Shown: positions 1 to 12,826 of the stretch, in pieces | Layout of the letters: every line of letters begins with the position of its first letter | How positions within the stretch are numbered: position 1 is the first letter of the stretch | Origin: Octopus vulgaris | Lineage: Eukaryota | Direction of reading: 5' to 3' | Assembly (NCBI GenBank): GCA_951406725.2 | Contig: OX597842.1 | Location: 14,880,001-14,944,000 of the forward strand | DNA length: 64,000 nucleotides | Notes under the pieces: model-generated | Told to the model about the DNA's origin: nothing | Database searches by the model: none | What the model saw: only the letters and a program-made list of their open reading frames with translations | Made by a program: the position numbers and the translations under genes

Positions 1-1427
1 ATCATGTATATAAATCTGTGAGTGTGGGCCCGTTTCCTGATATGGTACATATGACTGAGTGATACTTGCGGGGAACAATTTAGTGAATGAATGTGTACGT
101 CTCTGTGTATGTCTACAACCATTGTCTGTCCGAAGAGCGAGGTATTGTTTACCAACTTTTCTGAATATGAGTGAGGGCATATTTATGAGATTTCGGATTT
201 ATGAGTGAATAGCAATTGATGGGAAAATGTTAGTGGAAACTTATTTTTACATACATATATGTCTGTGTGAATGTGTATGGATGTGTGGAAGGGAGTGTAT
301 CATAATGTATGTATATTTCGGCGTGTATATCATGTACGGTGCTTCCGTCGCCATAGCCACTAATTAATATCATCGACTCTTCTTCTCCTTCCACATCTAT
401 TTCATCTTCTCTTTCTCATTCTTCTTTTTATTCTTCTTCTACTTCCTCCTATTCTTCTTCTTCTTCTTCTTCTTCTTCTTCTACTTCCTCCTCTCTTTCT
501 CTTCTTTTTCTCTTTTTCTTCTTCTTCTTCTTCTTCTTCTTCTTCCTTTTATTATTATTATTATTTTGATTCTTTCTTCTATATTTTAATCTCCTTTTAT
601 TTTTAAGCTTTTCCTTATTTCATTTTACTTTCACGTCATTCAATTCTCCAAGACTTTTCCTGCTTCTTCATTATTGTAATCTTATTCTTCTTGTTCTACT
701 CATTTTGATTCCTTTTCCTTTTCTTTTTATTCTCCTCCTCCTTCATCATTTCCTTACAAACCGCAATCATCGTTCAGTTCAACATTTCAAATTAATTTCG
801 CAATACGGTTTTGCAATTTTCTTCTTTTCTTTTCTCTTTGGTCGACAATCACATCGTTTCATCATCATCAACATCAACTTTACTATCATCATAATAACCT
901 TCAGTAAGTTGAATGCACTTAAGTTTATCGTCATCAACATATTCATTTTCATCCAATTTATGAACAGCCCCAGCGTCGCAGTCGTATACCAAATATTTCT
1001 AATCTTCATAAATATCATTAACGTCGTATTCACCATCACCACTATTATAATTATCGTCATCAGTATCGTTGTCACGGATTTTACCTCCTTCATAAGAAAC
1101 AATATTAACTTCATCAACATCATCACCATCCTTCTTTACACAGCCGTTTCCTTAGATTTACCCACACCACCATGAACACCTCCACTCCCACTCTGTTCCG
1201 CCGCTTCCTCATCCTGGCATTCTCAAGATTAACATCATCTCCATTCTAGGTTCCTGCTCCACCAAATAGTAATTGTTCAACAATAATATTTTACATTCAA
1301 TCATAAAACACATCTATACATTTTCTAATCATCTAAAATTCTATTTTACAGACATTTCGTGGATAATAATATTTTACAATAATACTCATCCCTACGTTAC
1401 CTTATCAGCCAAACTTTTATTTTACAG

Positions 1428-1499
1428 ATTTTTGCATAGAAACAATATCGACAAAATTGAATTAGGGACATTCGATGATCTGTTCAGGTTAACACATCT
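1428..1499 (+). CDS. LRR exon (72 nt, phase 2-2): FLHRNNIDKIELGTFDDLFRLTHL
   Basis: ttttattttacAG acceptor and GTAAGT donor; typical 24-aa LRR LxLxxNxIxxIxxxxFxxLxxLxxL. Confidence 0.92.
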
Positions 1500-1673
1500 G
1501 TAAGTTGCAAAAGTCTTGTTGATAACATTTCACTGACGATATATTACTAAACATTTAAAATATTCCCATTTTCTATCACGTCCCGACCTTGGCTTCCTCA
1601 ATATTATCACACTTTCTCGATAGAAATAGGAGAATTTGGAGTCTGTAAATATGATTATTATTATTATTATTAA

Positions 1674-1755
<82 letters not shown>

Positions 1756-2000
1756 TTCATTATTATTATCATCATCATTATTATTATTATTTTTTTTTCT
1801 TCTTATTATCATTATTATCATTATTACTATTATTAGCATTATTATTATTTTTGTTATTATTATTATTGTTATTACATTTATCATTATCATTATAACATCT
1901 TTGTTATCAAACCTACAACCAAATATTCGTCTCTTCTGTTTCATCATCTTATTCATTACTAGGACCATCACATCTTCCACCTGTTCTACCTCCACTTTTA

Positions 2001-2245
2001 GACGTTAATGATGATGATTATGATGATGAGAAAGATTGGTATAGGACTGTGAAGCTGGTGCTGTTTCTAAAGTGGATGGCAATGAATTAGGTGATGACGA
2101 TAAACTTAAGGGCTTTAAACTTACTGAAGGTTACTTTGATGATGGTAAAGTTGATGTTGATGATGATGAAACGATGTCATTGTCGACCAAAGAGAAAAGA
2201 AAAGAAGAAAATTGCAAAACCGTCTTGCGAAATTAATTTGAAATG
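2001..2245 (-). repeat. Inverted copy of the ~245 bp intronic segment found in direct orientation in every array unit
   Basis: Reverse complement of gacgttaatgatgatg...gcgaaattaatttgaaatg matches 783-1027, ~3243-3487, ~4498-4740, ~5728-5970 etc. Confidence 0.9.
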
Positions 2246-2273
2246 ATTAACTTAAGTGAATTTGACGTTCCAG

Positions 2274-2345
2274 ATCTTTGAGTTCTAATGATATCAAAGA
2301 ACTCATACCAGACACCTTCCGAAATCTGTTCAGTTTAACAAGTCT
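2274..2345 (+). pseudogene. LRR pseudo-exon (72 nt): SLSSNDIKELIPDTFRNLFSLTSL with dead 5' splice donor
   Basis: tttgacgttccAG acceptor, open LRR frame with the same phase and length as neighbours, but followed by TTAAGT instead of GTAAGT. Confidence 0.82.
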
Positions 2346-3888
2346 TTAAGTTGAATCAGTGTTTATTTTTATTATGACATTGACGATATATTTCTATAAA
2401 TGTAATCTCTTCCAATACTTCATTTTAAGCAACCTCACCCGTCTTTCCAAAGATGTGTTCTCATGTATATACATCTGTGAGTATGGGTCCGTTTCCTTAA
2501 TATGGTACATATGTCTGAGTGATACTTGCGGGGAAGAATTTTGTGAATGAATGTGTATGTTTCTTTGTATGTCTACAACCATTGTCTGTCCGAAGAGCGA
2601 GGTATTGTTTACCAACTTTTCTGAATAAGAATGAGGGCATATTTATGAGATTTCGGATTTATGAGTGAATAGCAATTGATAGGAAAATGATAGTGGAAAC
2701 TTATTTTTGCATACATATATGTCTGTGTAAATGTGTATAGATGTGTGGAAGGGAGTGTATCAAAATGTATGTATATTTCGGCGTGTATATCATGTACGGT
2801 GCTTCCGTCGCCATAGCCACTAATTACTATCATCGACTCTTCTTCTCCTTCCACATCTATTTTCTCTTCTCTTTCTCCTTCTTCTTCTTCTTCTTCTTCT
2901 TCTTCTTCTTCTTCTAATTCCTCTTCTTCTTCTTCTTCTTCTTCTTCTACTTCTTCCTCTCTTTTTTCTTCTTTTTCCCTTTTTCTTCTTCTTCTTCTTC
3001 TTCTTCCTTTTATTATTATTATTATTTTGATTCTTTCTTCTATATTTTAATCTCCTTTTATTTTCAAGCTTTTCCTTATTTCATTTTACTTTCACGTCTT
3101 TCAATTCTCCAAGACTTTTCCTGCTTCTTCATTATTGTAATCTTATTCTTCTTGTTCTACTCATTTTGATTCCTTTTCCTTTTCTTTTTATTCTCCTCCT
3201 CCTTCATCATTTCTTTACAAACCGCAATCATCTTTCAGTTCAACATTTCAAATTAATTTCGCAATACGGTTTCGAAATTTTCTTCTTTTCTTTTCTCTTT
3301 GGTCGACAATCACATCATTTCATCATCATCAACATCAACTTTACCATCATCATAATAACCTTCAGTAAGTTGAAAGCACTTAAGTTTATCGTCATCAACA
3401 TATTCATTTTCATCCAATTTAGGAACAGCCCCAGCTTCACAGTCGTATACCAAATCTTTCTAATCATCATAAACCTCATTAACGTCGTATTCACCATCAC
3501 CACCATCATAATTATCGTCATCAGTATCGTTGTCACGGATTTTACCTTCTTCATAAGAAACAATTTTAACTTCATCAACACCATCACCATCCTTCTTTAC
3601 ACAGCCTTTTCCTTAGATTTAACCACACCACCATGAACACCTCCACTCCCACTCTGTTCCGCCGCTTCCTCATCCTGTCATTCTCAAGATTAACATCATC
3701 TCCATTCTAGGTTCCTGCTCCACAAAATAGTAATTGTTCAACAATAATATTTTACATTCAATTGTAAAACACTTCTATACATTTTCTAATCATCTAAAAT
3801 TCTATTTTACAGACATTTCGTGGATAATAATATTTTACAATAATACTCATCCCTACGTTACCTTATCAGCCAAACTTTTATTTTACAG

Positions 3889-3960
3889 AACTTTGAATGG
3901 AAATAATATCGACAAAATTGAATTAGGGACATTCGATGATCTGACCAGGTTAACATATCT
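3889..3960 (+). CDS. LRR exon: TLNGNNIDKIELGTFDDLTRLTYL
   Basis: AG/GTAAGT boundaries, 72 nt, phase 2-2. Confidence 0.92.
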
Positions 3961-4110
3961 GTAAGTTGCAAAAGTCTTGTTGATAACATTTCACTGACAA
4001 TATATTACTAAACATTTAAAATATTCCCATTTTCTATCACGTCCCGACCTTGCCTTCCTCAATATTATCACACTTTTTCGATAAAAATAGGAGAATTTAG
4101 AGTCTGTAAA

Positions 4111-4183
<73 letters not shown>

Positions 4184-5142
4184 ATTATTATTATCATTAT
4201 TATTATCATTATCCTTATTATTATTATTATTATTATCATTATTATTATCATTATCATTATTATTATTATTTTTGTTTTTATTATTATTATCATTATTATC
4301 ATTATTTTTATTATTATCATTATTATCATTTTTGTTATTATTATTATTATTACTTTTTATTTTTGCATCTATATATGTCTGTGTAAATGCGTATAGATGT
4401 GTGGAAGGGAGTGTATCAAAATGTATGTATATTTCGGCGTGTATATCACTTAAAAATCACTTAAGATAATTAACGTCGCATTCATCTTTCAGTTCAACAT
4501 TTCAAATTAATTTCGCAATACGGTTTCGAAATTTTTTTTTGTTTTCTCTTTGGTCGATAATCACATCGTTTCATCATCATCAACATCAACTTTACCATCA
4601 TCATAATAACCTTCAGTAAGTTGAAAGCACTTAAGTTTATCGTCATCAACATATTCATTTTCATCCAATTTAGGAACAGCCCCAGCTACACAGTCGTATA
4701 CCAAATCTATCTCATCATCATAATCATCATCATTAACGTCGTATTCACCATCACCACCATCATAATTATCGTCATCAATATCGTTGTCACGGATTTTACC
4801 TCCTTCATAAGAAACAATTTTAACTTCATCAACACCATCACCATCCTTCTTTACACAGCCTTTTCCTTAGATTTACCCACACCACCATGAACACCTCCAC
4901 TCCCACTCTGTTCCGCCGCTTCCTCATCCTGTCATTCTCAAGATTAACATCATCTCCATTCTAGTTTCCTGCTCCACAAAATAGTAATTGTTCAACAATA
5001 ATATTTTACATTCAATTGTAAAACACTTCTATACATTTTCTAATCATCTAAAATTCTATTTTACAGACATTTGGTGGATAATAATATTTTACAATAATAC
5101 TCATCCCTACGTTACCTTATCAGCCAAACTTTTATTTTACAG

Positions 5143-5214
5143 ATTTTTGGATGCAAATAATATCGACAAAATTGAATTAGGGACATTCGATGATCTGACC
5201 AGGTTAACACATCT
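5143..5214 (+). CDS. LRR exon: FLDANNIDKIELGTFDDLTRLTHL
   Basis: AG/GTAAGT boundaries, 72 nt, phase 2-2. Confidence 0.92.
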
Positions 5215-5364
5215 GTAAGTTGCAAAAGTCTTGTTGATAACATTTCACTGACAATATATTACTAAACATTTAAAATATTCCCATTTTCTATCACGTCCCG
5301 TCCTTGCCTTCCTCAATATTATCACACTTTTTCGATAAAAATAGGAGAATTTAGAGTCTGTAAA

Positions 5365-5413
<49 letters not shown>

Positions 5414-5431
5414 ATTATTATTATCATTATT

Positions 5432-5466
<35 letters not shown>

Positions 5467-6372
5467 CATTATTATTATCATTATCATTATTATTATTATT
5501 TTTGTTTTTATTATTATTATCATTATTATCATTATTTTTATTATTATCATTATTATCATTTTTGTTATTATTATTATTATTACTTTTTATTTTTGCATCT
5601 ATATATGTCTGTGTAAATGCGTATAGATGTGTGGAAGGGAGTGTATCAAAATGTATGTATATTTCGGCGTGTATATCACTTAAAAATCACTTAAGATGAT
5701 TAACGTCGCAATCATCTTTCAGTTCAACATTTCAAATTAATTTCGCAATACGGTTTCGAAATTTTTTTTTGTTTTCTCTTTGGTCGATAATCACATCGTT
5801 TCATCATCATCAACATCAACTTTACCATCATCATAATAACCTTCAGTTAGTTGAAAGCACTTAAGTTTATCGTCATCAACATATTCATTTTCATCCAATT
5901 TAGGAACAGCCCCGGCTACACAGTCGTATACCAAATCTTTCTCATCATCATAATCATCATCATTAACGTCGTATTCACCATCACCACCATCATAATTATC
6001 GTCATCAATATCGTTGTCACGGATTTTACCTCCTTCATAAGAAACAATTTTAACTTCATCAACAGCATCACCATCCTTCTTTACACAACCTTTTCCTTAG
6101 ATTTACCCACACCACCATGAACACCTCCACTCCCACTCTGTTCCGCCGCTTCCTCATCCTGTCATTCTCAAGATTAACATCATCTCCATTCTAGTTTCCT
6201 GCTCCACAAAATAGTAATTGTTCAACAATAATATTTTACATTCAATTGTAAAACACTTCTATACATTTTCTAATCATCTAAAATTCTATTTTACAGACAT
6301 TTCGTGGATAATAATATTTTACAATAATACTCATCCCTACGTTACCTTATCAGCCAAACTTTTATTTTACAG

Positions 6373-6444
6373 ATATTTGAGTGGAAATAATATCGACAAA
6401 ATTGAATTAGGGACATTCGATGATCTGACCAGGTTAACACATCT
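6373..6444 (+). CDS. LRR exon: YLSGNNIDKIELGTFDDLTRLTHL
   Basis: AG/GTAAGT boundaries, 72 nt, phase 2-2. Confidence 0.9.
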
Positions 6445-6594
6445 GTAAGTTGCAAAAGTCTTGTTGATAACATTTCACTGACAATATATTACTAAACATT
6501 TAAAATATTCCCATTTTCTATCACGTCCCGACCTTGCCTTCCTCAATATTATCACACTTTTTCGATAAAAATAGGAGAATTTAGAGTCTGTAAA

Positions 6595-6655
<61 letters not shown>

Positions 6656-7634
6656 ATTATTATTATTATTATAATTATTATTATCATTATTATTATCATT
6701 ATCCTTATTATTATTATTATTATTATCATTATTATTATCATTATCATTATTATTATTATTTTTGTTTTTATTATTATTATCATTATTATCATTATTTTTA
6801 TTATTATCATTATTATCATTTTTGTTATTATTATTATTATTATTACTTTTTATTTTTGCATCTATATATGTCTGTGTAAATGCGTATAGATGTGTGGAAG
6901 GGAGTGTATCAAAATGTATGTATATTTCGGCGTGTATATCACTTAAAAATCACTTAAGATGATTAACGTCGCAATCATCTTTCAGTTCAACATTTCAAAT
7001 TAATTTCGCAATACGGTTTCGAAATTTTTTTTGTTTTCTCTTTGGTCGATAATCACATCGTTTCATCATCATCAACATCAACTTTACCATCATCATAATA
7101 ACCTTCAGTAAGTTGAAAGCACTTAAGTTTATCGTCATCAACATATTCATTTTCATCCAATTTAGGAACAGCCCCAGCTACACAGTCGTATACCAAATCT
7201 TTCTCATCATCATAATCATCATCATTAACGTCGTATTCACCATCACCACCATCATAATTATCGTCATCAATATCGTTGTCACGGATTTTACCTCCTTCAT
7301 AAGAAACAATTTTAACTTCATCAACAGCATCACCATCCTTCTTTACACAACCTTTTCCTTAGATTTACCCACACCACCATGAACACCTCCACTCCCACTC
7401 TGTTCCGCCGCTTCCTCATCCTGTCATTCTCAAGATTAACATCATCTCCATTCTAGTTTCCTGCTCCACAAAATAGTAATTGTTCAACAATAATATTTTA
7501 CATTCAATTGTAAAACACTTCTATACATTTTCTAATCATCTAAAATTCTATTTTACAGACATTTCGTGGATAATAATATTTTACAATAATACTCATCCCT
7601 ACGTTACCTTATCAGCCAAACTTTTATTTTACAG

Positions 7635-7706
7635 ATATTTGAGTGGAAATAATATCGACAAAATTGAATTAGGGACATTCGATGATCTGACCAGGTTAAC
7701 ACATCT
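7635..7706 (+). CDS. LRR exon: YLSGNNIDKIELGTFDDLTRLTHL
   Basis: AG/GTAAGT boundaries, 72 nt; identical to exon at 6373. Confidence 0.9.
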
Positions 7707-7856
7707 GTAAGTTGCAAAAGTCTTGTTGATAACATTTCACTGACAATATATTACTAAACATTTAAAATATTCCCATTTTGTATCACGTCCCGACCTGGCC
7801 TTCCTCAATATTATCACACTTTTTCGATAAAAATAGGAGAATTTAGAGTCTGTAAA

Positions 7857-7917
<61 letters not shown>

Positions 7918-7935
7918 ATTATTATTATCATTATT

Positions 7936-7970
<35 letters not shown>

Positions 7971-8876
7971 CATTATTATTATCATTATCATTATTATTAT
8001 TATTTTTGTTTTTATTATTATTATCATTATTATCATTATTTTTATTATTATCATTATTATCATTTTTGTTATTATTATTATTATTACTTTTTATTTTTGC
8101 ATCTATATATGTCTGTGTAAATGCGTATAGATGTGTGGAAGGGAGTGTATCAAAATGTATGTATATTTCGGCGTGTATATCACTTAAAAATCACTTAAGA
8201 TGATTAACGTCGCAATCATCTTTCAGTTCAACATTTCAAATTAATTTCGCAATACGGTTTCGAAATTTTTTTTTGTTTTCTCTTTGGTCGATAATCACAT
8301 CGTTTCATCATCATCAACATCAACTTTACCATCATCATAATAACCTTCAGTAAGTTGAAAGCACTTAAGTTTATCGTCATCAACATATTCATTTTCATCC
8401 AATTTAGGAACAGCCCCAGCTACACAGTCGTATACCAAATCTTTCTCATCATCATAATCATCATCATTAACGTCGTATTCACCATCACCACCATCATAAT
8501 TATCGTCATCAATATCGTTGTCACGGATTTTACCTCCTTCATAAGAAACAATTTTAACTTCATCAACAGCATCACCATCCTTCTTTACACAACCTTTTCC
8601 TTAGATTTACCCACACCACCATGAACACCTCCACTCCCACTCTGTTCCGCCGCTTCCTCATCCTGTCATTCTCAAGATTAACATCATCTCCATTCTAGTT
8701 TCCTGCTCCACAAAATAGTAATTGTTCAACAATAATATTTTACATTCAATTGTAAAACACTTCTATACATTTTCTAATCATCTAAAATTCTATTTTACAG
8801 ACATTTCGTGGATAATAATATTTTACAATAATACTCATCCCTACGTTACCTTATCAGCCAAACTTTTATTTTACAG

Positions 8877-8948
8877 ATATTTGAGTGGAAATAATATCGA
8901 CAAAATTGAATTAGGGACATTCGATGATCTGACCAGGTTAACACATCT
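8877..8948 (+). CDS. LRR exon: YLSGNNIDKIELGTFDDLTRLTHL
   Basis: AG/GTAAGT boundaries, 72 nt; identical to exon at 6373. Confidence 0.9.
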
Positions 8949-9098
8949 GTAAGTTGCAAAAGTCTTGTTGATAACATTTCACTGACAATATATTACTAAA
9001 CATTTAAAATATTCCCATTTTGTATCACGTCCCGACCTGGCCTTCCTCAATATTATCACACTTTTTCGATAAAAATAGGAGAATTTAGAGTCTGTAAA

Positions 9099-9168
<70 letters not shown>

Positions 9169-9186
9169 ATTATTATTATCATTATT

Positions 9187-9248
<62 letters not shown>

Positions 9249-10129
9249 TATTATTATTTTTGTTTTTATTATTATTATCATTATTATCATTATTTTTATT
9301 ATTATCATTATTATCATTTTTGTTATTATTATTATTATTACTTTTTATTTTTGCATCTATATATGTCTTTGTAAATGCGTATAGATGTGTGGAAGGGAGT
9401 GTATCAAAATGTATGTATATTTCGGCGTGTATATCACTTAAAAATCACTTAAGATGATTAACGTCGCAATCATCTTTCAGTTCAACATTTCAAATTAATT
9501 TCGCAATACGGTTTCGAAATTTTTTTTGTTTTCTCTTTGGTCGATAATCACATCGTTTCATCATCATCAACATCAACTTTACCATCATCATAATAACCTT
9601 CAGTAAGTTGAAAGCACTTAAGTTTATCGTCATCAACATATTCATTTTCATCCAATTTAGGAACAGCCCCAGCTACACAGTCGTATACCAAATCTTTCTC
9701 ATCATCATAATCATCATCATTAACGTCGTATTCACCATCACCACCATCATAATTATCGTCATCAATATCGTTGTCACGGATTTTACCTCCTTCATAAGAA
9801 ACAAGTTTAACTTCATCAACAGCATCACCATCCTTCTTTACACAACCTTTTCCTTAGATTTACCCACACCACCATGAACACCTCCACTCCCACTCTGTTC
9901 CGCCGCTTCCTCATCCTGTCATTCTCAAGATTAACATCATCTCCATTCTAGTTTCCTGCTCCACAAAATAGTAATTGTTCAACAATAATATTTTACATTC
10001 AATTGTAAAACACTTCTATACATTTTCTAATCATCTAAAATTCTATTTTACAGACATTTCGTGGATAATAATATTTTACAATAATACTCATCCCTACGTT
10101 ACCTTATCAGCTAAACTTTTATGTTACAG

Positions 10130-10201
10130 ATATTTGAGTGGAAATAATATCGACAAAATTGAATTAGGGACATTCGATGATCTGACCAGGTTAACATATC
10201 T
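10130..10201 (+). CDS. LRR exon: YLSGNNIDKIELGTFDDLTRLTYL
   Basis: ttttatgttacAG / GTAAGT, 72 nt. Confidence 0.9.
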
Positions 10202-10372
10202 GTAAGTTGCAAAAGTCTTGTTGATAACATTTCACTGACAATATATTACTAAACATTTAAAATATTCCCATTTTGTATCACGTCCCGACCTGGCCTTCCT
10301 CAATATTATCACACTTTTTCGACAGAAATGGGAGAATTTGGAGTCTGTAAATATTATTATTATTATTATTAA

Positions 10373-10426
<54 letters not shown>

Positions 10427-10517
10427 CATTATTATTATCATTATCATTATTATTATTATTTTTGTTTTTCTTATTATTATCATTATTATCATTATTATTA
10501 TTATTATCATTATTATT

Positions 10518-10567
<50 letters not shown>

Positions 10568-10760
10568 CATAATCATTATTATTATTATTATTATCATTAT
10601 TATTATCATTATCATTATTATTATTATTTTTGTTTTTATTTTTATTATCATTATTATCATTATTATTATTATTATCATTATTATCATTTTCTAGAATTTA
10701 GATAAGATTTTAAAGTATTATTTCCCGTGAAGTAGAATTCAAGTGTCTATGGACTGATAC

Positions 10761-12002
10761 TATTAAGTATCAAATTTGTAGTAAGGTATACGGTAAAATT
10801 TGACAGCTGCTCGTTTTGCGCCATTATTATATTTTGACAACCTATATTCTTTTTTAGAAAACTGACACATCTAGTTCTTTATTCTTTGCGCTTTATAAAG
10901 TATTTATTAAATCGCTTTTTGCTATTTTTGTTTAGGGATGGAAAAGACAGAAATTCGTACAGTTTTGAAATATGAGTTCTCTCTTGGAAATACAGCCTCA
11001 CTGATAGCTCGGAATATTAATGGAAAATTTCATTCTAATGTTATTACACAGCAGACAGTATCAAATTGGTTTGCAAAATTTAGTAGTTCTGGTAATTTTG
11101 ATCTCACAAATGAGCAATGCGGTCGACCAGAAACAAAGTTGGATAATGTCGAACTGAAAGCAACCGTCGAGTCTGATCCATCTCAAAGTGCCTGTGAATT
11201 ATCGTTGTTGCTTTGTGTTAGCAAGCAATATTGACTCACCTAGTTCAAATCGTTAAAGTGAAAACGTTGGATAAGTGGCTTCCACATGAATTCAATAAAA
11301 ATCAGAAATAGCGACGTTTGGAAGCCTACATTATGCTAGTTTCTCGTCGTAAAAATGAATTATTTTTGAATCGAATTCTAACGTGATGTGAAATCGATCC
11401 AATACCTCAACTATAGAGGTTAACTACAATGGCTGGACCAAGACGAGCCACCAAAACACAGTCCAAAACGCAAAACAAGCTGATGGTGTGTGTTTGGTGG
11501 TCTGTTCCAGGTGTGATCCGTTATGATTTCATTACCCCTGGCTCATTAATCTCAGCCGAAGTACACTGCAGCCAACTGAAACAAATGATGCAGAAACGTA
11601 CAAAACAACCTTGATTAGTCAACAGATCAATCCTATTTTATAAAAAAGACATCACCGGATCACACATCGAAAAAATAACTTTGGCGAAAGTACCGGGTTT
11701 CGAGTTGGAAGCTCTCCTTCATCTACCTACTCACCCGATATTGCCCCCATTGACTACCACATCTTTCAGAATTTCACTAACTTTTTGTTAGGAAAAAGAA
11801 ATTCCGATGATTCTGTAAAATAAGCCTTCCAGGAATTTATTGTCTCTAGACTGCCAGGCTTTTACAGTTCCGGGCTGCACAGGCTACCGCTGAAATGGCA
11901 AAAGTGTATTGAAAATATGGGTGCATATATCGAAGAATAAAACTATTCCTTGTATTTACAAAAGATTGGTTTTTAATAATTTTCATACTTGACGACCTAT
12001 TA
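10761..12002 (+). mobile_element. Decayed Tc1/mariner (mariner DD34D-type) transposon
   Basis: ORF 10938 MEKTEIRTVLKYEF...TVSNWFAKFSSSGNFDL..GRP (mariner HTH), KLMVCVWWS at ~11480 and YSPDIAPIDYH at ~11728; multiple stops/frameshifts; termini approximate. Confidence 0.88.
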
Positions 12003-12494
12003 TGAAAGATATATATGCTTTTCAAAACAGTTTAGAGACAAACATTAATTCCTACATATATTTTGAATATGTTTCTTAAAGTTGTGAATTGGTGTTAAGA
12101 TAAATGTTTTAATTATTCATGATTAATTTTTGCAATTTTGTCATTATATTGCTCCTGGAATATATAATATTTGTACATTCGATGAGAATGTGATGTAAAA
12201 CCAACATCCTGCACAAAACAATCTCTCGATGTCTTGTTATTCTTATAGCTTATTTTCGTCCATCTTTTGTTAATCGGTTATCACAGAAACCTTCTCTTCC
12301 CTCAGGATATCTAAGTGAGATTAATGGAAACCACTCTTGTCCAAACTATAGGCAGAAAACTCATAGAGAAATAAACATCTTTGCATTAAACATGAGCTTT
12401 TATTTGCTTAGTTTAGACAGTATATTAACAGTAGAAAACAGACTTATTAATTGTACATATTCTAACTTACAGAATACTTATTTCTTTTTTCCAG

Positions 12495-12566
12495 ATATTT
12501 GGAAAACAACCAAATACAAAACTATGAGGATGGCGCGTTCTTATTCCTTCCTAGTATTTCTTACAT
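12495..12566 (+). CDS. LRR exon (unique): YLENNQIQNYEDGAFLFLPSISYI
   Basis: tttcttttttccAG acceptor, GTATGT donor, 72 nt, phase 2-2. Confidence 0.88.
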
Positions 12567-12826
12567 GTATGTACAACAATTCTTTCTTTATTGGAAAACC
12601 AAAAGTCTTTGTAAACACATGAAAACATGTCATCAGACTAAAATCATAAAAAATGATATCATCAAATTCACAGTTGTTTAATTCAGTTGACAATAAATAG
12701 CAATGTTTTGGCTTTAATTTTAATGTGGCACCATGAATATTTCTGAGTATTGTGTTTTGCCATTGCAACGTCAGTGTTCAAACAACATGAAGGTTGGTTT
12801 GATATAGTTTCATCCATGTTCGGAAA

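Larger units (their letters stand above)
1..10690 (+). repeat. Tandem array of LRR-exon-bearing units (one ~2.46 kb period, then five ~1.23-1.26 kb periods)
   Basis: Position 2 recurs at 2461. Exon starts 1428, 3889, 5143, 6373, 7635, 8877, 10130 give spacings 2461, 1254, 1230, 1262, 1242, 1253. Each unit carries an (ATT)n tract of variable length. Confidence 0.97.

Noticed and set aside
1341-1352. Second ttttacAG acceptor 76 nt upstream of each LRR exon
   Set aside because: Use would shift the frame (76 nt); no evidence it is functional.
1-10690. CRISPR-like or prokaryotic diversity-generating system interpretation of the array
   Set aside because: Units are >1.2 kb with spliceosomal AG/GT exons; no short repeat-spacer pattern, cas genes or DGR-type RT.
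705-10694. Repeated 65-156 aa Ile/Leu-rich ORFs in the array (MIPFPF..., MKALKF..., poly-I, MFNNNIL...)
   Set aside because: Translations of intronic (ATT)n/(ATC)n sequence; only the last 24 codons of the MFNNNIL ORFs are the real LRR exons.
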